Assembly: GCA_016931615.1 (NCBI GenBank)
Contig: JAFGEL010000062.1
Coordinates: 25,837 to 89,836 of the forward strand
Origin: Desulfuromonadales bacterium
Lineage (GTDB): Bacteria; Desulfobacterota; Desulfuromonadia; Desulfuromonadales; Geopsychrobacteraceae
Direction: 5' to 3'
Length of the DNA: 64,000 nucleotides
The translations under genes were made by a program, and so were the position numbers. Below, one piece after another: positions 59,638 to 64,000 of the stretch (the stretch's first letter is position 1; the number at the start of each line of letters is the position of its first letter). The notes beneath the pieces were generated by a model, which had not been told where the DNA came from, did not search any database, and saw nothing but the letters and a program-made list of their open reading frames with translations.

Positions 59638-60876
59638 ATGAAAACTTCATATAAGTTTCTAAAATTATCGGTGTGTTTCTTCCTATTGATCCTGGCCGCC
59701 TGTAGTGGCGGAGGAGGTGGCGATTCCGACAGTACAAGTCGCACCGCTGACACTGAACTTTCGTCATCAGGCACAGAAACAACCTTGACCGGGGTCGTCG
59801 CCGATGGTTACCTGAAAAGTGCTCGAGTGTTTCTTGACCGGAATGAGAATCGTGCTTATGACAACGGCGAACCGACCGCCTTGTCGGGGCCGGGTGGGTA
59901 CTATTCTTTGACCGTTAATCCTGGTGAAGGAGAACTATACCCGGTTGTGGTTGAAGTGATTGCCGGTGAGACTGTAGATGAGGATACCGGAGCCCCGGTC
60001 ACTCAAGGGTACCTGCTGGAGTCGCCACCCGGTCGTTGGGCATTTATTTCACCTTTGACGACCCTGGTTAAGATTGAACAGGATAAAAATCCCTCGCTGT
60101 CAGAACAACAGTCCGTATTGAATGTCCGTTCTCAGCTTGGTGTGTCCGATGATGTTCCGCTTTTCTCTGATTATCTTGATACGGGGGGGATTGCTGAATC
60201 TCTTGTTGAAGAATACTCAAGAACTCATAAGGCGGCACAGGTTGTTGCCGGCCTGATGGGGATGTTACAGAATGAGATTTTGATTAATCTTGGCGGCCAG
60301 GCTGCTGTCAATGAGCAGGCTCTGATCGCCTATATGATCAGCGATCAGATCATGGGGCAGGCGCACATGATCGAGCAGGCATTCAATGCTGAAAGAAATC
60401 TCGGGGTTACTGTGGACCCGATTATTCTCGCTTCAGCAGTCAGCGCAGAGATCGATACCGCAAGCCTTGATGCTGAATTGCTGGTTGTTTATCAACAGCG
60501 GATCGATCTGGGTCTTGATTATTGGGATATGCAACCTCCTTGCCTGGTGAACCAGTATCCTCTTCCGGGAGATAACGCCCCGGTGACTACAGTTGTTTCT
60601 GTTGCCTTTGACGAAGCTTTGGACGAAACCCTGTTGAATGGCGGAAGTCTTACCTTGTCAGGGTCTGAGGGCAATATTTCAGGCCAGCTGAGTTTTGACG
60701 CCGAGCAAAAAAAACTGACTTTTGTCCCGGACCAGGTACTTCTGCCTTTCAGCGATTATCGAGTGACTTTGAGTGGTCAGTTGGCTGATTCACTGGGGAA
60801 TCCTCTGGGAGAAGATGTCAGCTGGAATTTTGTGACAATTTTCGACCAGACCCCTCCACCTCTACCCGAGTTCTGA
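59638..60876 (+). CDS. lipoprotein with C-terminal Ig-like (SbsA/Big_5-like) domain
   Basis: It has a lipobox (LLILAAC) followed by a Gly-rich linker. The C-terminal segment PLPGDNAPVTTVVSVAFDEALDETLLNGGSLTLSG..ISGQLSFDAEQKKLTFVP resembles bacterial Ig-like domains. It starts 15 nt after the surface protein gene. Confidence 0.6.
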   Translation: MKTSYKFLKLSVCFFLLILAACSGGGGGDSDSTSRTADTELSSSGTETTLTGVVADGYLKSARVFLDRNENRAYDNGEPTALSGPGGYYSLTVNPGEGELYPVVVEVIAGETVDEDTGAPVTQGYLLESPPGRWAFISPLTTLVKIEQDKNPSLSEQQSVLNVRSQLGVSDDVPLFSDYLDTGGIAESLVEEYSRTHKAAQVVAGLMGMLQNEILINLGGQAAVNEQALIAYMISDQIMGQAHMIEQAFNAERNLGVTVDPIILASAVSAEIDTASLDAELLVVYQQRIDLGLDYWDMQPPCLVNQYPLPGDNAPVTTVVSVAFDEALDETLLNGGSLTLSGSEGNISGQLSFDAEQKKLTFVPDQVLLPFSDYRVTLSGQLADSLGNPLGEDVSWNFVTIFDQTPPPLPEF

Positions 60877-60923
60877 TTACGAAAGTGAGCCGGAGGAGGC
60901 CCGTTTTTTACACCGCAGCGGAT

Positions 60924-62240
60924 TTATTCTTCTTCGCTGTCGGGATCTTTGATCAGGCGCTGCTTGATGCGCCTGGTGATGTACCAGATTGTGGCCAGTA
61001 CTACTGGGATTGAGCAGGCGAGAAGTACATTCTTGTCCACTCCCCACTGCTTCAGAGGCAGTCCGCTGAAAAGGTAACTGAGCAGACCGATGGCGTAATA
61101 GCTGATGGCTGCAATGGAGAGCCCTTCCACCGTTTCCTGTAGCCGGAACTGTAACTTGCTGCGCCTGTTCATGGCTGCCAGCTGGGAACGGTTCTGCTCC
61201 TGAAGATTCAGGTTGACCCGGGTTCTCATCAGATCACTGGCCCGTTCGACCCGTTTTGACAGATCATCCATCCAGGCCTGCACCGATTCACAGGTTCTCA
61301 GGGCCGGATTCAACCGCCGGTTGATAAATTCCCCTGCCGAGAGAAATCCTTCAACCTGTTTTTCCTTGATCCCTTCGATGCGGTCTTTGACCAGCTGATG
61401 ATAAGCTTTGGTCGCTGAAAAACGGTGATTTGTTTCTGCTCTGTAGGTCTCAAGCTGAGCCTCAACTTTGGTCAGTTTTTCCAGTAGCTCACGTTCGCTT
61501 TTGGTCGTCTTCAGGTCGGTGACTATGGTCAGGATATCCGCCAGCTGTTTGTCCATTTTAAGCAGCTGGGGAGCAATTTTTTTGGCAATGGGCAGAGCGA
61601 TCAGGGCCAGCAGACGATAGGTTTCAAGATCCATAAGGCGCCGAGCTAGCTGCCCCATCTGAGACGGATTCAGATCCATATTGCGGATGATGAAGCGCCC
61701 GTAGCCATCGCCATGCAGTTTGAAAGCGGTCAGAACCTGGGCCCTGCCTTCGTAGACATCACTGACCATGAGTGATTGTCCCTCAAAATAGCGGGTCAAC
61801 GAGGTCTGCGAATAGTCAAGCTGTTGATCATCAATCAGCAGGTGAAATGCAGCGATGATGTGCCCTGGTAATTGTCTCAGCCAATCGGCCGGCAACAGGT
61901 CGATGGCGGTAAAGTCAAAGGGCTGTCCCGCCGGCGGGGCAGCGTGCATGATGGTGAAGGAATAGAACTCGACATGGCGCTCCCAGTGAATGTCAAAGTC
62001 GCCGAAATCCTGGTGAAAGGCTACGGTGTCGACCTGCGGCTGGTTGACTTCGTAGCGGCGGCAGAGGTCGCAGAGCAGGGTGAACGATTGGTTCAATGCC
62101 TCATGATCGGCACAGCATGAGACCAGATGGGTGATCTGCTGGGGTGTTTCCACTTTGTGAAACGGGCGGATGTGCAACTCGTTGTAGAGTGTTTCACGCA
62201 GGGGGTGAAGTTGATATTCAATGCGACTGCATTTTGCCAT
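60924..62240 (-). CDS. DUF3422-like membrane-anchored protein
   Basis: The 438-aa protein has the N-terminal HPLRETLYNELHIRPF motif. Its C-terminal coiled coil and two TM helices fit my recollection of DUF3422. Confidence 0.5.
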   Translation of the reverse strand: MAKCSRIEYQLHPLRETLYNELHIRPFHKVETPQQITHLVSCCADHEALNQSFTLLCDLCRRYEVNQPQVDTVAFHQDFGDFDIHWERHVEFYSFTIMHAAPPAGQPFDFTAIDLLPADWLRQLPGHIIAAFHLLIDDQQLDYSQTSLTRYFEGQSLMVSDVYEGRAQVLTAFKLHGDGYGRFIIRNMDLNPSQMGQLARRLMDLETYRLLALIALPIAKKIAPQLLKMDKQLADILTIVTDLKTTKSERELLEKLTKVEAQLETYRAETNHRFSATKAYHQLVKDRIEGIKEKQVEGFLSAGEFINRRLNPALRTCESVQAWMDDLSKRVERASDLMRTRVNLNLQEQNRSQLAAMNRRSKLQFRLQETVEGLSIAAISYYAIGLLSYLFSGLPLKQWGVDKNVLLACSIPVVLATIWYITRRIKQRLIKDPDSEEE

Positions 62241-62319
62241 GGTTTATTCCTCAGGCCGGCTAACCAACGCAACCGGCAATAACTTGAATCTGTTGAGTAC
62301 TTTTATGAACAGTATGGTT

Positions 62320-63357
62320 TCAGGAGAATTTTTTGTTTTCCTGCTCCTGAACCCTGATGAACGTGGTTCTTTTGGTCAGTTCCTTTAAAGCCGCTGCGCC
62401 GACGTAGGTACAGGTTGAACGAACTCCGCCAAGGATGTCCTTGACTGTGTCGGCAACCTGGCCACGATAGGGAACTTCCACGGTTTTTCCTTCTGAGGCA
62501 CGATATTCGGCGACTCCTCCGGAATGTTTTTCCATAGCGGTTGATGAACTCATCCCGTAGAAAAGCTTGAATTGTTGGCCATCGCGTTCGACCAGTTGAC
62601 CGCCGCTTTCATCGTGACCGGCAAACATTCCGCCCAGCATGACGAAGTCCGCACCGCCGCCGAAGGCTTTGGAAACATCACCGGCGTTGACGCAGCCGCC
62701 ATCGGAAATAATTCGGCCGCCCAGCCCATGAGCGGCATCCGCACATTCGATAACGGCGGAAAGTTGAGGATAGCCAACCCCGGTTTTAACCCGGGTTGTA
62801 CAGACTGAGCCTGGTCCGATGCCGACCTTGACGATATCGGCTCCTGACAAGAGCAGCTCTTCGACCATTTCGCCGGTAACGACATTGCCGGCGGTGATGG
62901 TTTTGTCTGGAAAACTGTCACGGCAGAGTTTGACGAAATCAACAAAGGACTCGGCATAACCGTTAGCGACATCAATGCAGATAAATTTCAGTTTCGGATG
63001 CTGGGAGATGATCTCCTGCAAATGTTTGAAGTCAATGTCCGCCGTTCCGGTACTGACCATGATGCGCTCATAGATGCCGTCCTCCTGGCTTGACAGGAAA
63101 TGCTCCCACTCTTTAAGGCTGTAGTGTTTGTGGATGGCGGTTAAAAGCCCATTTTCGGCTAGAACTTTGGCCAGTTCAAAGGTTCCGACGGTATCCATGT
63201 TGGCGGCGATCATCGGTATGCCTTGCCACTCCTGACGGCTGTGGAGGAACGTGAAGTTGCGCTCAAGATTGACCTGAGCCCGACTTTTAAGAGTTGATCG
63301 CTTTGGTCGAATGAGGACATCTTTAAATCCCAGTTTGAGATCAGATTCTATGCGCAT
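62320..63357 (-). CDS. guaC: GMP reductase
   Basis: [26 protein letters not shown]... and [12 protein letters not shown] match E. coli GuaC closely as I recall it. Length is 345 aa. Confidence 0.94.
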   Translation of the reverse strand: MRIESDLKLGFKDVLIRPKRSTLKSRAQVNLERNFTFLHSRQEWQGIPMIAANMDTVGTFELAKVLAENGLLTAIHKHYSLKEWEHFLSSQEDGIYERIMVSTGTADIDFKHLQEIISQHPKLKFICIDVANGYAESFVDFVKLCRDSFPDKTITAGNVVTGEMVEELLLSGADIVKVGIGPGSVCTTRVKTGVGYPQLSAVIECADAAHGLGGRIISDGGCVNAGDVSKAFGGGADFVMLGGMFAGHDESGGQLVERDGQQFKLFYGMSSSTAMEKHSGGVAEYRASEGKTVEVPYRGQVADTVKDILGGVRSTCTYVGAAALKELTKRTTFIRVQEQENKKFS

Positions 63358-63695
63358 TATTTTATCCTTATGCCGGAAAGAAATTGCAAAAGCAGAGATG
63401 GTGATAAATTAACTTCTGGAAAATACCGCAAGTTGCCGGCAAGGAAAAGAGGCTAGTGATATTTATTCCGCAGGGCGTAAAGGGGTTGCTGTTCTTCCCG
63501 GCTTTTCAGTCTACCGATGACAGTATTTTGAGCTGGTGACCGGACTCAGATTTCTTGACCTCGGAGACAGCGGGGTGTTAAATTCAGACAGCTAATATCT
63601 ATATTTCAATTTCCTAACATATTAATATTACTTATCTTTACTTTGAGCTCTTGCCCTGCGCTTGTGCCAAGACCTTTCAGGATTGTTGAACACTC

Positions 63696-64000
63696 ATGGA
63701 ACATTCAAATTTTGTCCACCTTCACCTGCACAGTCAATACAGCCTGTTGGATGGCGCGATAAAAATTGACGAACTTATTTCCCGGGTCAAAGAATTCAAG
63801 ATGCCCGCGGTCGCCGTGACGGATCACGGCAATATGTTCGGTGCCATTGAATTTTACAGTAAGGCGATGAGTGGCGGTATCAAACCGATTGTCGGTTGTG
63901 AAGTTTATGTCGCTCCCGGGTCGCGGTTTACCAAGAGCAGTGCCCGCGGGTCCTCCGAAGCATCTTATCACCTGGTTCTGCTGTGTATGAACCACACCGG
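63696..64000 (+). CDS. dnaE: DNA polymerase III alpha subunit, N-terminal PHP domain (3' end beyond window)
   Basis: My own translation from ATG 63696 is MEHSNFVHLHLHSQYSLLDGAIKIDELISRVKEFKMPAVAVTDHGNMFGAIEFYSKAMSGGIKPIVGCEVYV... This is the canonical DnaE PHP N-terminus. The frame is open to the window edge and is absent from the ORF track. Confidence 0.9.
   Translation, partial: MEHSNFVHLHLHSQYSLLDGAIKIDELISRVKEFKMPAVAVTDHGNMFGAIEFYSKAMSGGIKPIVGCEVYVAPGSRFTKSSARGSSEASYHLVLLCMNHT

Noticed and set aside
63358-63695. A possible purine riboswitch or PurR box upstream of guaC, including the TTGCCGGCAA palindrome at 63433-63442.
   Set aside because: The leader does not match the purine riboswitch core. 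The 10-bp palindrome does not resemble the PurR box as I recall it. This is too weak to call.

Overview
The window is mostly a core chromosomal segment of a Deltaproteobacteria/Desulfuromonadales-like (Geobacter/Desulfuromonas-type) genome. The taxon is inferred from gene content: MucR/Ros regulator, b558-type frd/sdhCAB, fur-feoB-dtxR, PEP-CTERM protein, GEMM-I riboswitches and sigma-54 elements. About 60 protein genes are supported. Housekeeping genes are queG (5' truncated), rarA, nadK, recN, secA, argJ, deoC, deoB, valS, sdh/frdCAB, prfB, guaB, guaA, ilvC/ilvY, maf, guaC and dnaE (3' truncated). The rest are signalling genes (REC-GAF-HK, GGDEF, MCP, CheW-like pair plus a polyacidic response regulator), an iron locus and envelope genes. 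I saw no rRNA, tRNA, CRISPR array, transposase or integrase. Five features are missed or mis-drawn by the ORF track: (1) an Rdx/SelW-like selenoprotein gene with in-frame UGA (CxxU) plus a SECIS-like hairpin at 51569-51802 (-); (2) two near-identical tandem GEMM-I (c-di-GMP class) riboswitches, each with its own terminator, upstream of a large cadherin-like/TSP3 surface protein; (3) the prfB +1 programmed frameshift; (4) a decayed sigma-54 response-regulator pseudogene; (5) the dnaE 5' end. The best candidate for an uncharacterised system is a six-gene translationally coupled operon (42128-46321): two NosL-family proteins, an anchored periplasmic protein, a MacB/FtsX-type ABC pair and a Cys-motif polytopic membrane protein. 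All calls rest on reading the translations and sequence by eye; no searches were run.
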